A DNA stretch of 64,000 nucleotides from Thermoanaerobaculia bacterium (GTDB taxonomy: Bacteria > Acidobacteriota > Thermoanaerobaculia > UBA5066 > Gp7-AA6). The stretch covers positions 2,216 to 66,215 of the forward strand of contig JBKJWL010000267.1 of the NCBI GenBank assembly GCA_046716885.1, given 5' to 3'. The position numbers and the translations under genes were made by a program. Below the pieces are notes generated by a model. That model saw nothing but the letters and a program-made list of their open reading frames with translations. It had not been told where the DNA came from and ran no database searches. Position 1 is the first letter of the stretch; each line of letters starts with the position of its first letter. Below, piece after piece: positions 27,699 to 36,112 of the stretch.

Positions 27699-28415
27699 TC
27701 AGTCCTCCCCCTCGCCGGGCTCGGCCGGCCGGCGCACGAGCAGGTCGGGACGCCGCTCCCGCGTCCTCTCGAGCGCTCGGGCTCGCCTCCAGCGAGAAAT
27801 TCGGCGGTGGTCCCCCCCGACCAGGACCTCGGGGACTGCGAGACCCCGAAACTCCCTCGGCCGCGTGTAGTGGGGGAAGTCGAGCCGCTCGCGGAGGAAC
27901 GACTCGTTTTCGAGAGACTCGGCCGCACCCACGACGCCGGGCAGGAGCCGCGACACGGCCTCCGTCACGGCCAGGGCCGCCGACTCGCCTCCCGGAAGGA
28001 CAAAATCGCCCAACGAGATCTCCTCGTCGAACAGGCCGAGCTCCCGGGCCCGATCGTCGATCCCTTCATAACGGCCGCAGACCAGCAGGATCCGCTCCCG
28101 CGCCGCGAGAGCCTCGGCAGAGCCCTGGTCGAACCGGCGCCCTTCCGGCGCCATGAGCAGGGTCCACGGCCGCGGCAGGCCCTCGGCGTTGCGCCGCGCC
28201 TCGATCGCGGCCGCCAGGACCGTAACCATCATCACCATGCCCGCTCCCCCGCCGTAAGGCTCGTCGTCGACCTTCCGGTGCCTGTCCTGCGCGAACCCCC
28301 GCAGGTCCGTCACCGTGACTCGGAGGAGGCCCGCATCGATGGCCTTCCCGAGCAGGCTCTCGCGGAGGGGGGACGCGAAGTACCCCGGAAAGATCGTCAG
28401 GATCTCGATGTGCAT
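27699..28415 (-). CDS. trmD: tRNA (guanine37-N1)-methyltransferase
   Basis: Motifs: [49 protein letters not shown]. The start was chosen at the Met preceding HIEIL. Starts at 28436 and 28487 are also possible. Confidence 0.85.
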   Translation of the reverse strand: MHIEILTIFPGYFASPLRESLLGKAIDAGLLRVTVTDLRGFAQDRHRKVDDEPYGGGAGMVMMVTVLAAAIEARRNAEGLPRPWTLLMAPEGRRFDQGSAEALAARERILLVCGRYEGIDDRARELGLFDEEISLGDFVLPGGESAALAVTEAVSRLLPGVVGAAESLENESFLRERLDFPHYTRPREFRGLAVPEVLVGGDHRRISRWRRARALERTRERRPDLLVRRPAEPGEGED

Positions 28416-28548
28416 CGGGCCGGGCGGTATAGTCATGTCGGTTGAAGGTCGAGGGCCAGGGGTCGAGGGTGGATGCCGGACTCCCACATTCTCGGCCGTG
28501 AGCTTTCGGCCTTCGACTGTTCTTGGCGGGTCCCCTCCGGGCCGGTGG

Positions 28549-29061
28549 TCATAGCTCCATCAATCCCTCGGGCGGGTCGAGGATGATTTTGCCGGCCTCC
28601 CGGTCCACTCTCAAGACGATCGGATGGACGAAGGGAACCAGAACCTCTTTCCCGGGCCGGACCTCCACCGAAAGAAGCGGGCCCGCCGGAGACTGCTCCA
28701 GGCCGGTCGCCACGCCGAGCCGGCGGCCGGCCGTATCCTCGCAGGCCCACCCCCGCACCGCGTGGCTGTAGAAGAACCCCTCGGGCGCCGGGAATGCGTC
28801 GGCCTCGGCGACGCAGAGTTCGCCGCCCTGGAGGCCTCGCGCGGCGTCCACGTCGCCGACCGAGTCGAACGACAGCAGAAGCCGGTCCCCGTGCGGCCGC
28901 GCGCCCGCCAAATGCAACAGGCGCTCCTCGTCTCCCCTCTGCCACGTGAGCGTGCTCCCGGGAGCGAAACGCTCGGGAAAATCGGTCAGCACGCGGACGG
29001 ACACCTCGCCCGCCAGGCCGTGGGGGCGCTGTACGAGGCCAACGACGAGCAGAGGAGACAT
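28549..29061 (-). CDS. rimM: 16S rRNA processing protein RimM
   Basis: MSPLLVVGLVQRPHGLAGEVSVRVLTDFPERF is followed by a PRC-barrel-like C-terminus. This is the C-terminal 170 aa of track ORF 28549..29424. Confidence 0.85.
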   Translation of the reverse strand: MSPLLVVGLVQRPHGLAGEVSVRVLTDFPERFAPGSTLTWQRGDEERLLHLAGARPHGDRLLLSFDSVGDVDAARGLQGGELCVAEADAFPAPEGFFYSHAVRGWACEDTAGRRLGVATGLEQSPAGPLLSVEVRPGKEVLVPFVHPIVLRVDREAGKIILDPPEGLMEL

Positions 29062-29105
29062 GAGCGGCGACGCGGACAGCCCGCCGTAAGCCGGCGGGAC
29101 GGACG

Positions 29106-29336
29106 TCAGTCGCGAACGCGGATCAGCACGCGTTTCCCGCGGGCAGCGGCGGCCGCCGCGACGAAGGAGCGCAGGGCGCGCACCGTTCGGCCCTCTCGCC
29201 CGATCAGGCGGCCGCGGTCGGCTTCCGGGACGTGGACGTCGTATACGGCGGTCTTCCCCTCGAAGGTCTCGGTCACGCGAGTCTGTTCGGGACGGTCCGC
29301 GAGGCGTCGGACGACGGTTTCGATGAGGCGTTTCAT
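29106..29336 (-). CDS. KH-domain RNA-binding protein (UPF0109 / YlqC-like)
   Basis: The 76-aa ORF contains GRLIGREGRTVRALR (a GxxG KH motif). It sits between rpsP and rimM, as in Bacillus. Confidence 0.85.
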   Translation of the reverse strand: MKRLIETVVRRLADRPEQTRVTETFEGKTAVYDVHVPEADRGRLIGREGRTVRALRSFVAAAAAARGKRVLIRVRD

Positions 29337-29345
29337 CTCGACAGC

Positions 29346-29594
29346 CTACGGCGCCGGGACCGGCTCGGGACGCTCGAGAAGCGAGTGGACGGTGGAAGAC
29401 GCGCGAGCACCCTTCCCGATCCACTGCCGGGCGCGTTCGCGGTCGAACGACACGGCCGGAGGGTTGGGGACGGGGTCGTAGAATCCGAGCTCTTCCAGGA
29501 CCTCGGCGCGGGGGGCGCGGCGCGAGTCCGAGACGACGATCCGGTAGTAGGGCCGGTTGCGGGCGCCCATACGGCGCAGGCGGATTCTCAGCAT
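29346..29594 (-). CDS. rpsP: 30S ribosomal protein S16
   Basis: MLRIRLRRMGARNRPYYRIVVSDSRRAPRAEVLEELGFYDP. Confidence 0.9.
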   Translation of the reverse strand: MLRIRLRRMGARNRPYYRIVVSDSRRAPRAEVLEELGFYDPVPNPPAVSFDRERARQWIGKGARASSTVHSLLERPEPVPAP

Positions 29595-29647
29595 TTCAGT
29601 GCCTGTCTCCTGTCATATCAAAAGCGGGGCATTCTACACGAATCGGC

Positions 29648-30991
29648 TCAGGGCTTCCCCGAGGGGAGAGCCAGCTTCGAGAGATCCAGCCCCCGGGCGC
29701 CCTTTTTCGCCGTGCGCATCAAGCGGCGCATCTGCTGATACTGCTTGAGCAGCCGGTTGATCTCCACCACGGAGGTTCCGGATCCCCCTGCGATCCGCTT
29801 CTTGCGGCTGCCATTCAAGACCTGCGGATACCGGCGCTCGTCCGGCGTCATCGAGTCGATGATCGCGCCGACGCGCGTCAGGGCCTTCTCGTCGACGCTG
29901 TCGGGCTGCCGGAGGGCCTTGAAGGCTCCGGTTTTCGGCAGCAGATCGAGCAGGCCCTCGAGGGGGCCCATTTTCTTCATCGAGACGAGCTGGGCGCGGA
30001 GATCCTCCAGCGTGAACTCTCCGGCCGCGCCTTTCTCCGCCATCTTCTGCGCCGCGCCGGCGTCGACCGAGGCCTCGACCTTCTCGATCAGGGTGAGCAT
30101 GTCGCCGAGCCCCAGGATGCGCGACGCCATGCGGTCGGGATGAAACGCCTCGAAGTCCTCAGGTTTCTCCCCCACGCCGACGAACTTGATGGGCTTGCCG
30201 GTCGTCGTCATCACCGAGAGCGCCGCGCCGCCCCGGGCGTCCCCGTCCGTTTTGGTCAGAACGATGCCGGTCAGCGCCAGCGCCTCCGCGAATCCCGCCG
30301 CGGATTTCACGGCGTCCTGGCCCGTCATCGCGTCGGCGACGAACAGAATCTCCTGCGGCAGGACGGCGGCGGCAACGGCCTGGATCTCCCGCATCAGCTC
30401 CTCGTCGATGTGAAGCCTGCCGGCGGTGTCGACGATGACGGTGTCACGGCCGGTTTGCCGGGCCTCGCGCACGCCGCCGCGGGCGACCGAGACCGGGTCC
30501 TTCTCGGTACCCGGCTCGAACACGGGGACGCCGATCTGCCGACCGAGCGTGACGAGCTGCTCGACCGCCGCGGGACGGGCCAGGTCGGCCGCGACGATGA
30601 GCGGAAAGCGGCCGCGTGTCTTCAGGTGCAGGGCGAGCTTGGCGGCCGAAGTCGTCTTGCCCGAGCCCTGCAGCCCGGCAAGCATGATGACCGCCGGTTT
30701 TCCCCGCAAGTCGACGTCCGTCGTGGTCCCACCCAGAAGTTGCATCAGCTCGTCCCGGACGATTCGCGTGACTTCGTGGGCGGGCGAAAGCTGCTGGGTG
30801 ACCTTCGCGCCGACAGCCCGCTCCTTGACGCGGGCCGTGAACTGGCGGACGACGGGGAGGGCGACGTCGGCCTCCAGGAGGGACAACCGGATCTCCCGGA
30901 GCGCCTGGTCGAGGTGGTACTCGGTGAGGTGTCCCTCCCCCCGCAGCTCCTTGAAAACGCCCTGGATCCGCTCTCCGAGACCTTCGAACAC
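29648..30991 (-). CDS. ffh: Signal recognition particle protein Ffh
   Basis: The 447-aa ORF has an N domain and a G domain (GLQGSGKTT, DTAGR, TKTDGDARGG). The C-terminus is a Met-rich M domain. Confidence 0.95.
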   Translation of the reverse strand: MFEGLGERIQGVFKELRGEGHLTEYHLDQALREIRLSLLEADVALPVVRQFTARVKERAVGAKVTQQLSPAHEVTRIVRDELMQLLGGTTTDVDLRGKPAVIMLAGLQGSGKTTSAAKLALHLKTRGRFPLIVAADLARPAAVEQLVTLGRQIGVPVFEPGTEKDPVSVARGGVREARQTGRDTVIVDTAGRLHIDEELMREIQAVAAAVLPQEILFVADAMTGQDAVKSAAGFAEALALTGIVLTKTDGDARGGAALSVMTTTGKPIKFVGVGEKPEDFEAFHPDRMASRILGLGDMLTLIEKVEASVDAGAAQKMAEKGAAGEFTLEDLRAQLVSMKKMGPLEGLLDLLPKTGAFKALRQPDSVDEKALTRVGAIIDSMTPDERRYPQVLNGSRKKRIAGGSGTSVVEINRLLKQYQQMRRLMRTAKKGARGLDLSKLALPSGKP

Positions 30992-31087
30992 CGTGTACCC
31001 CCGTTTTCCCCGGCCCAGCTCGACGCCCGGCCGGGGACCGCAAGGATAGCCGCCCGCAGCCTCCCGCGTCGAGACCGGGTTTGCCAG

Positions 31088-31115
31088 TTGACAGGGAGCG
31101 CCAGTTCGATATGAT
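31088..31115 (+). promoter_or_regulatory. Near-consensus sigma70-type promoter (TTGACA-16 nt-TATGAT)
   Basis: TTGACA lies at 31088..31093 and TATGAT at 31110..31115. The promoter is about 85 nt upstream of the lipoprotein ATG, in an unusually A/T-rich spacer. Confidence 0.6.
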
Positions 31116-31201
31116 TCCCCGTCGATTTTCCCGCGACGGCGTTTCTATCGCGCTCTCGATGAGAGAAGCGTTTTTTTGCAAGAAAGAAGGAGATGAGGGA
31201 T

Positions 31202-31429
31202 ATGAAGAAGTTCCTGACCCTGGGTTTCGCGGCCGTGGCCGCAGTGGCGCTCTCGACCGGTTGCCAGAAGAAAGAGACGACCACGACCGAGACCACGACT
31301 CAGACCGAAGCCCCGGCGGTCGTTGAGGAAACGGGCACCGCGATGACGGGCACGGAGACCACAACCACCAGCACGGAGACGACGACCACCACCGAGACGG
31401 TTCCCGCGACGACCCCGCCCGCCTACTGA
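31202..31429 (+). CDS. Small Thr/Glu-rich lipoprotein (75 aa precursor)
   Basis: The ATG at 31202 lies 9 nt after AAGGAG. Signal plus lipobox: MKKFLTLGFAAVAAVALSTG|C. The mature part is almost entirely T, E, A and P (QKKETTTTETTTQTEAP...TETTTTSTETTTTTETVPATTPPAY). Confidence 0.75.
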   Translation: MKKFLTLGFAAVAAVALSTGCQKKETTTTETTTQTEAPAVVEETGTAMTGTETTTTSTETTTTTETVPATTPPAY

Positions 31430-31451
31430 GCCCGACTCGCTACGAATGTCC

Positions 31452-31490
31452 GAGGCCCCCGCGAGGGGGCCTCTCTGTTTCTGCGTTTTT
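31452..31490 (+). terminator. Rho-independent terminator
   Basis: GAGGCCCCC-GCGA-GGGGGCCTC forms a perfect 9-bp stem with a tetraloop (31452..31473). The T-rich tail tctgtttctgcgttttt follows. Confidence 0.8.
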
Positions 31491-31528
31491 GCCTTTTCGC
31501 CTTTTGAGCCGGGCTACACTGCTCGCAA

Positions 31529-32629
31529 GTGTTGCCGGTTTGGGCGGAGTGCTTGCTGCTTCTGGCGGCCGCGGCCGCGGGACTGCGAGCGTGGCAGCTC
31601 CGGGGCCGGGAGCGTGTCCTCGCGGCGCGTCTCCAGGCTCGCGAGCGCGAGGGCCACTTCCTCGGCGAGTCACCCGATCCCCGGCAGATCCTGCAGCACG
31701 CCTACGCCGCCGCCTGCGAGATCCTGCCCCTCTCCGCCTTCGACCTGTACCGCGTCGATCCCTCGCAGCGAATCTCGGAAGTGTGGACCCTGTCGAACGA
31801 GCCGGGCGGGTCGCCCCGCCCCGCCCGGGAGCCCGGCCACCCGTACCTTGGCGAGCGGATCGACGCAAAAGCTCTTCTCCAGTTCGCCGCCACCGAGACC
31901 GACCGCTCGTTCGCCCCGCTGGAGCTGCTACCCGGAGCCCCTCCCACGCAGAAGCTCCACCTTCCGCTCTACTCCGGCGATACCCTCGTGGCCTATCTCA
32001 CCCTCGTGTCGCCGGAGCCGATCGGCGAGCAGCGCAAGGGCGAGATCCGCGCTCTGCTGTCTCCTTTGACCGCCTCGCTGCACGCCTCCCGCAACTGGGA
32101 GATCGCCGTCACCGACGAGCTGTCGGGCCTCTTCGCACGGCGCTATTTCGAGACGCGGCTCTCCGAGGAGTGGGCGCGGCACCTGCGCTACGGCGCGGCG
32201 GTCTCCGTCGCGCTCTTCGATCTCGATCACTTCAAGAAGCTCAATGACACCTTCGGCCACCCCGCCGGGGACATGGCGATCCGACGCTTCGGCGAAATCC
32301 TGCGCGCGGCCGTCCGCGGGAGCGACCTGGCTTGCCGGTATGGGGGCGAGGAGTTCGCCGTGCTCTTCCCCGAGACCGGGGCTCGCCCGGCCCTCGCGGT
32401 CTGCGAGCGCGTGCGCCGGTCGATCGAGCTCGAGCCCTTTTCGAGCGAGGCCCGCGCCTTTGGAGTAACCGTGTCGGCCGGCGTCGCGGATTCGACCGGC
32501 CTCGGTCCGGACGATCGCCACCAGCTGCTGTTCCGGGCCGACAAGGCCCTCTACGCCGCCAAAGACTCGGGCCGTAATCGCGCCCATCTCTTCACCGAGG
32601 GCGCCCGGACGCGCAAGCCGGCCGTCTAG
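31529..32629 (+). CDS. Diguanylate cyclase (N-terminal TM + GAF-like sensor, GGDEF domain)
   Basis: Motifs: TDELSGLFARRYF, ALFDLDHFKKLNDTFGHPAGD, and RGSDLACRYGGEEFAVLFP. The last has an RxxD I-site exactly 5 residues before GGEEF. The start codon is GTG. Confidence 0.85.
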   Translation: MLPVWAECLLLLAAAAAGLRAWQLRGRERVLAARLQAREREGHFLGESPDPRQILQHAYAAACEILPLSAFDLYRVDPSQRISEVWTLSNEPGGSPRPAREPGHPYLGERIDAKALLQFAATETDRSFAPLELLPGAPPTQKLHLPLYSGDTLVAYLTLVSPEPIGEQRKGEIRALLSPLTASLHASRNWEIAVTDELSGLFARRYFETRLSEEWARHLRYGAAVSVALFDLDHFKKLNDTFGHPAGDMAIRRFGEILRAAVRGSDLACRYGGEEFAVLFPETGARPALAVCERVRRSIELEPFSSEARAFGVTVSAGVADSTGLGPDDRHQLLFRADKALYAAKDSGRNRAHLFTEGARTRKPAV

Positions 32630-32832
32630 CCCCTCGCAGCGCGCCGGAGCCGGATCCAGAGGCGGCCGAGCGGCCCCGCAAGTCGAAGCCGGGGGGTCGG
32701 GACGACGAGGCTGGCGAGCGCGTCGGCTTCGAGGCGCTGCCACCGCAGGTCTTCCGGCCGGACGCCGAGCTCCCCGAGGAGGCGGCCCCGCTCCTGCGCC
32801 AGGCGGCGCAGCGGATCGCGCGAGTCGCTCAC
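32626..32832 (-). CDS. Small hypothetical protein (68 aa), translationally coupled to the upstream glycosyltransferase
   Basis: The GTG start overlaps the GT4 stop as GTGA. Third codon positions are almost all G/C, as in the real genes here. I recognise no domain. Confidence 0.35.
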   Translation of the reverse strand: MSDSRDPLRRLAQERGRLLGELGVRPEDLRWQRLEADALASLVVPTPRLRLAGPLGRLWIRLRRAARG

Positions 32833-33881
32833 GCCAGTCCCGCCGCAGACAGCAGCCGGGCGACCGGCTCATCCCAGCTCAGGAGGGCCGCCCGCCGCCG
32901 CCCCGCCTCTCCCATGGCCTGCAGCGTGTCCCGCCGGGGCCATGCCAGCCGCAGCGCCACCCCCAGGGCCTCGGGCCGCGGCGCCACGACGAGCCCGGTC
33001 TCCCCGTTGCGGACGAATTCGAGCGGACCTCCCGCGTCCTCGGTCGTGAGCACGGGCTTCCCCGACAGGAACGCTTCGAGGGGGACGTACCCGAAGTCCT
33101 CGCCCGAGGCGGTCACGGCCACGATGCGCGCCTCGGCGTAGAGCGAGAGGAGCGTCTCGTCGTCGGCATGCGAGACGAACCGCACGCGCGCGCCGACGTT
33201 GAGCTCTTGCGCGCGCCTCTGGAGTTTCTGCTCCTCGGGGCCCCGGCCGACGAAGACGGCCCGGGCCTCGGGGACGTGCGGGAGCGCCTCCAGAAGCAGG
33301 CCCGGCCGCTTCCACGCCTCGAGGCGGCCGACCCACAGAATCGCGTCGCCGGAGGGGCCGCTCCGATAGCGCCCGTCGAGGGGCGGCGGATGGTACAGGG
33401 GCTCGCTCCGGATCCCGTTGAAACGATAGAGCCGGGAGGCGACGGTCTGCGAGTTCGCGAAGACCTTGCGCGCCTCGGTCAATCCGACGCGGTCGATCTC
33501 GGCGACGACCTCCCGCGTGCGCCGGTCCTCGGGCGAAGAGCCGAGGTCGCTGTACGCGGTCCCGAACTGGTCGTACGCCTGGCGGTACTGATGAATCAGC
33601 CAGACCACCTTGTTCGGGTGGCGCAGGGCGTAGCTCGGGAAGCGCGTCGCGATCACCGCGTCGACCGGGCGGCCACCCGCCTCGGAGAGATCGAGGCTGC
33701 GCCAGGCGGCCGCGCTGCGGATCAGATCGAAGCGCTCGCGCTCGACGAGCGGGATCGAGACGAGATCGGCCTCCACGCCGCGCTTCGTGAGCTCCTCGGT
33801 CAGGCGGCGGACGTGCCGCTCCGCTCCTCCGTCCGAGAAGGGCGCCTGCACGGCCAGGACGAGAACGCGGCGCGATTTCAA
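32829..33881 (-). CDS. Glycosyltransferase family 4 (GT-B fold)
   Basis: Motifs: GGAERHV, GRLEAWKRPGLLLEAL, and EDFGYVPLEAFLSGKPVLTTEDAGGPLEFV (an EX7E-type motif). Confidence 0.85.
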   Translation of the reverse strand: MKSRRVLVLAVQAPFSDGGAERHVRRLTEELTKRGVEADLVSIPLVERERFDLIRSAAAWRSLDLSEAGGRPVDAVIATRFPSYALRHPNKVVWLIHQYRQAYDQFGTAYSDLGSSPEDRRTREVVAEIDRVGLTEARKVFANSQTVASRLYRFNGIRSEPLYHPPPLDGRYRSGPSGDAILWVGRLEAWKRPGLLLEALPHVPEARAVFVGRGPEEQKLQRRAQELNVGARVRFVSHADDETLLSLYAEARIVAVTASGEDFGYVPLEAFLSGKPVLTTEDAGGPLEFVRNGETGLVVAPRPEALGVALRLAWPRRDTLQAMGEAGRRRAALLSWDEPVARLLSAAGLA

Positions 33882-34969
33882 GCGGAGATCGGCACCCGCC
33901 CGATCAGCGCGTAGTCTTGCGGGGCGTACAGGAGGGCGTTCAGCCGCTTCTCGTTCTCCGACTTCTCCTCGAGCCGCTCGCCGGCCGGGAGCGGGGAGCG
34001 GTACTCGATCCGGGTCTCGGTAAATCCCGCCGCCTCCGCCAGGAAGCGAAGGGCCTCGGGCGGCACCGGCCGCACGTGCGTCGGATCCAGGTAGAACGCG
34101 CGCAGGGCCGACAGCGAGTCGGAGTTGATCGTCTCGGCAACGACGACTCCGCCTCCCGCGAGGACCCGCCGCGCCTGCTGAAGAAACCGGTAGATCTCCC
34201 CCGGGCTCCAGTGCTCAACGACCTGGAACGCGACGACGGCGCCTAGGCTTCCTGCGGGGAGGCCCTCGAGCAGCGCCAGCGCTTCGCCCTCTTCGACGTC
34301 GAGGCCTTCCTTTCTCGCCGCCGCCGCCGACACGGGATTCACCTCGACGCCTCGCCCCGCGATGCCGGCCGACCCGAGGAGCCTGAGGAACTCCCCGCGG
34401 CCGCAGCCGACGTCGAGCACCGGTCCGGGCAGGTCGCGGAGCAGCTCGAGATAGGAGCGCTGAGCCCCCGCGATCGTCGCGGGACTGCCCCGAAAGCGCT
34501 CTTCGAAGAGGGCATAGACCCCGGGCGGAATCTCGAACGCCATTGCGGCCGCCGGCCGTGGAGTCGCGGGGCCCCCCGCCGCAGCCGCCGACTCGGCCAG
34601 CGTCAGCCGGGCCTCCTGCACACCCGCCCGCCGCCGCAGCTCATCGGCCTGCCGCTCGAGCTCTCCCCGCAGGCGGTCGAGCGAGTCCGCGAGCCCGGCG
34701 CTCGCGTGGAGCGAGAGCGAGTTGAAGGCGGACTGGTTCCTCCACAGGAACCGGAAGCCGCGAATGGCGAGCCGCTTGACCGCCGCCAGCGGGGCCTGTT
34801 CGGGAACGGAGGGCGTCATCACGTCGGCCGCGCGGTTGAGCGCCCCACGGGAGTCGGTCGTGCCGGCGTCGCTCCCGGCCGCGGGGGCGCCCGGCGCGGG
34901 CGAGGCTTCAGCGATCGCAGCGCGGATCTCCTCCGCGAGAACCCTCTTCAAGTCGCCGTGCGGTTCCAT
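33878..34969 (-). CDS. Class I SAM-dependent methyltransferase with an N-terminal coiled-coil region
   Basis: The ATG at 34969 lies inside track ORF 33878..35170. It contains VLDVGCGRGEFLRLL (SAM motif I) and AFQVVEHW. It is 4-nt coupled to the GT4 gene. Confidence 0.8.
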   Translation of the reverse strand: MEPHGDLKRVLAEEIRAAIAEASPAPGAPAAGSDAGTTDSRGALNRAADVMTPSVPEQAPLAAVKRLAIRGFRFLWRNQSAFNSLSLHASAGLADSLDRLRGELERQADELRRRAGVQEARLTLAESAAAAGGPATPRPAAAMAFEIPPGVYALFEERFRGSPATIAGAQRSYLELLRDLPGPVLDVGCGRGEFLRLLGSAGIAGRGVEVNPVSAAAARKEGLDVEEGEALALLEGLPAGSLGAVVAFQVVEHWSPGEIYRFLQQARRVLAGGGVVVAETINSDSLSALRAFYLDPTHVRPVPPEALRFLAEAAGFTETRIEYRSPLPAGERLEEKSENEKRLNALLYAPQDYALIGRVPISA

Positions 34970-35036
34970 CGCGAGCTCCGATCGAGGATAACCGAAAGTC
35001 GTACCGCACGGGATCGGGGCTAGAATCCCCGGTTCG

Positions 35037-36110
35037 ATGAGATCCATGCTGCTGGCGTCGTGCGCTCTGGTCGCGTCCCTCGCGGCTGGAGCGGAAAATC
35101 GGGCTCCGGTGCCGACGACGACTCCGGCGCCCCGGCTTCTCGCTCGGGGCGAAGAGAAATTCCTCGCCAACCTCCGGCAGCTGACGTTCGGCGGGCAGAA
35201 CGCGGAGGCCTACTGGGCCGCGGACGGGAAGCGTCTGATCTTCCAGTCGGACGAGGGCCGCCTCCCGTGCGACCAGATCTTCACGATGAAGGCCGACGGC
35301 TCGGACCGCCGGCGCGTTTCCGGCGGGCAGGGGAAGACCACGTGTTCCTATCTCTTCCCCGCCGGTGACCGGATCCTTTACTCCTCCACCCTCCGCGCCG
35401 GCGCCGGCTGCCCCCCGCGGCCGGACCGCTCCCGCGGCTATGTGTGGGCGCTCGACGACTACGACATCTACACCGCGCGTTCCGACGGCAGCGACGTCCG
35501 GCCCCTCTTTGCCTCCCCCGCGTACGATGCCGAGGCCACGATCTCCCCCGACGGCAAGACCGTGGTCTTCACCTCGGCCCGCGACGGGGACCTCGAGATC
35601 TACGCCGTGAACGCCGACGGATCCAACCTCCGGCGCCTCACGCACACACCCGGCTACGACGGCGGACCCTTTTTCTCGGACGACGGAACGAAGATCGTCT
35701 ATCGAGCCGACCATCCCGCCGCTTCCGAAGACCTCGCGCGCTACCGCGAGAATCTCGCGAAGAACGCCTACGCGCCCCGCTCACTCGAGATCCGCGTCAT
35801 GGACGCCGGCGGCTCCAACGACCGCGCGGTGACGTCGAACGGCGCGGCCAACTTCGCGCCGTACTTCCTGCCCGGAGGCCGCGAAATCGTCTTTTCCTCC
35901 AACATGGACGATCCGAAGCGCCGGGAGTTCGACCTCTACCTGATCCGCGAGGACGGAACGGGCCTGACACGGATCACGTTCGCGCCGGCCTTCGACGGAT
36001 TCCCCATGTTCACCCGGGACGGCCGCCGTCTCGTCTTCGCCTCGAACCGCAACGGCTCTCAGCCCCGTGAAACGAACATTTTCGTGGCGGACTGGGTGCG
36101 CGACCGCTGA
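35037..36110 (+). CDS. Periplasmic PD40/TolB-like beta-propeller repeat protein
   Basis: A signal peptide (MRSMLLASCALVASLAAGA) is followed by repeated PD40 motifs: SPDGKTVVFTSARDGDLEIYAVNADGSNLRRLT, FFSDDGTKIVY, FTRDGRRLVFASNR. Confidence 0.8.
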   Translation: MRSMLLASCALVASLAAGAENRAPVPTTTPAPRLLARGEEKFLANLRQLTFGGQNAEAYWAADGKRLIFQSDEGRLPCDQIFTMKADGSDRRRVSGGQGKTTCSYLFPAGDRILYSSTLRAGAGCPPRPDRSRGYVWALDDYDIYTARSDGSDVRPLFASPAYDAEATISPDGKTVVFTSARDGDLEIYAVNADGSNLRRLTHTPGYDGGPFFSDDGTKIVYRADHPAASEDLARYRENLAKNAYAPRSLEIRVMDAGGSNDRAVTSNGAANFAPYFLPGGREIVFSSNMDDPKRREFDLYLIREDGTGLTRITFAPAFDGFPMFTRDGRRLVFASNRNGSQPRETNIFVADWVRDR

Positions 36111-36112
36111 CG

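Noticed and set aside
28416-28548. An unusually long (~130 nt) rimM-trmD spacer containing a GGTCGAGGG direct repeat.
   Set aside because: The spacer length depends on which trmD start is used (28415, 28436 or 28487). I see no convincing structure or ORF.
31446-32069. Track ORFs 31446..32069+ and 31489..32247+ starting inside or near the terminator hairpin.
   Set aside because: They are alternate frames of the GGDEF gene, with Arg/Pro/Ser-rich translations. The GTG at 31529 gives the frame with the GAF-like and GGEEF motifs.
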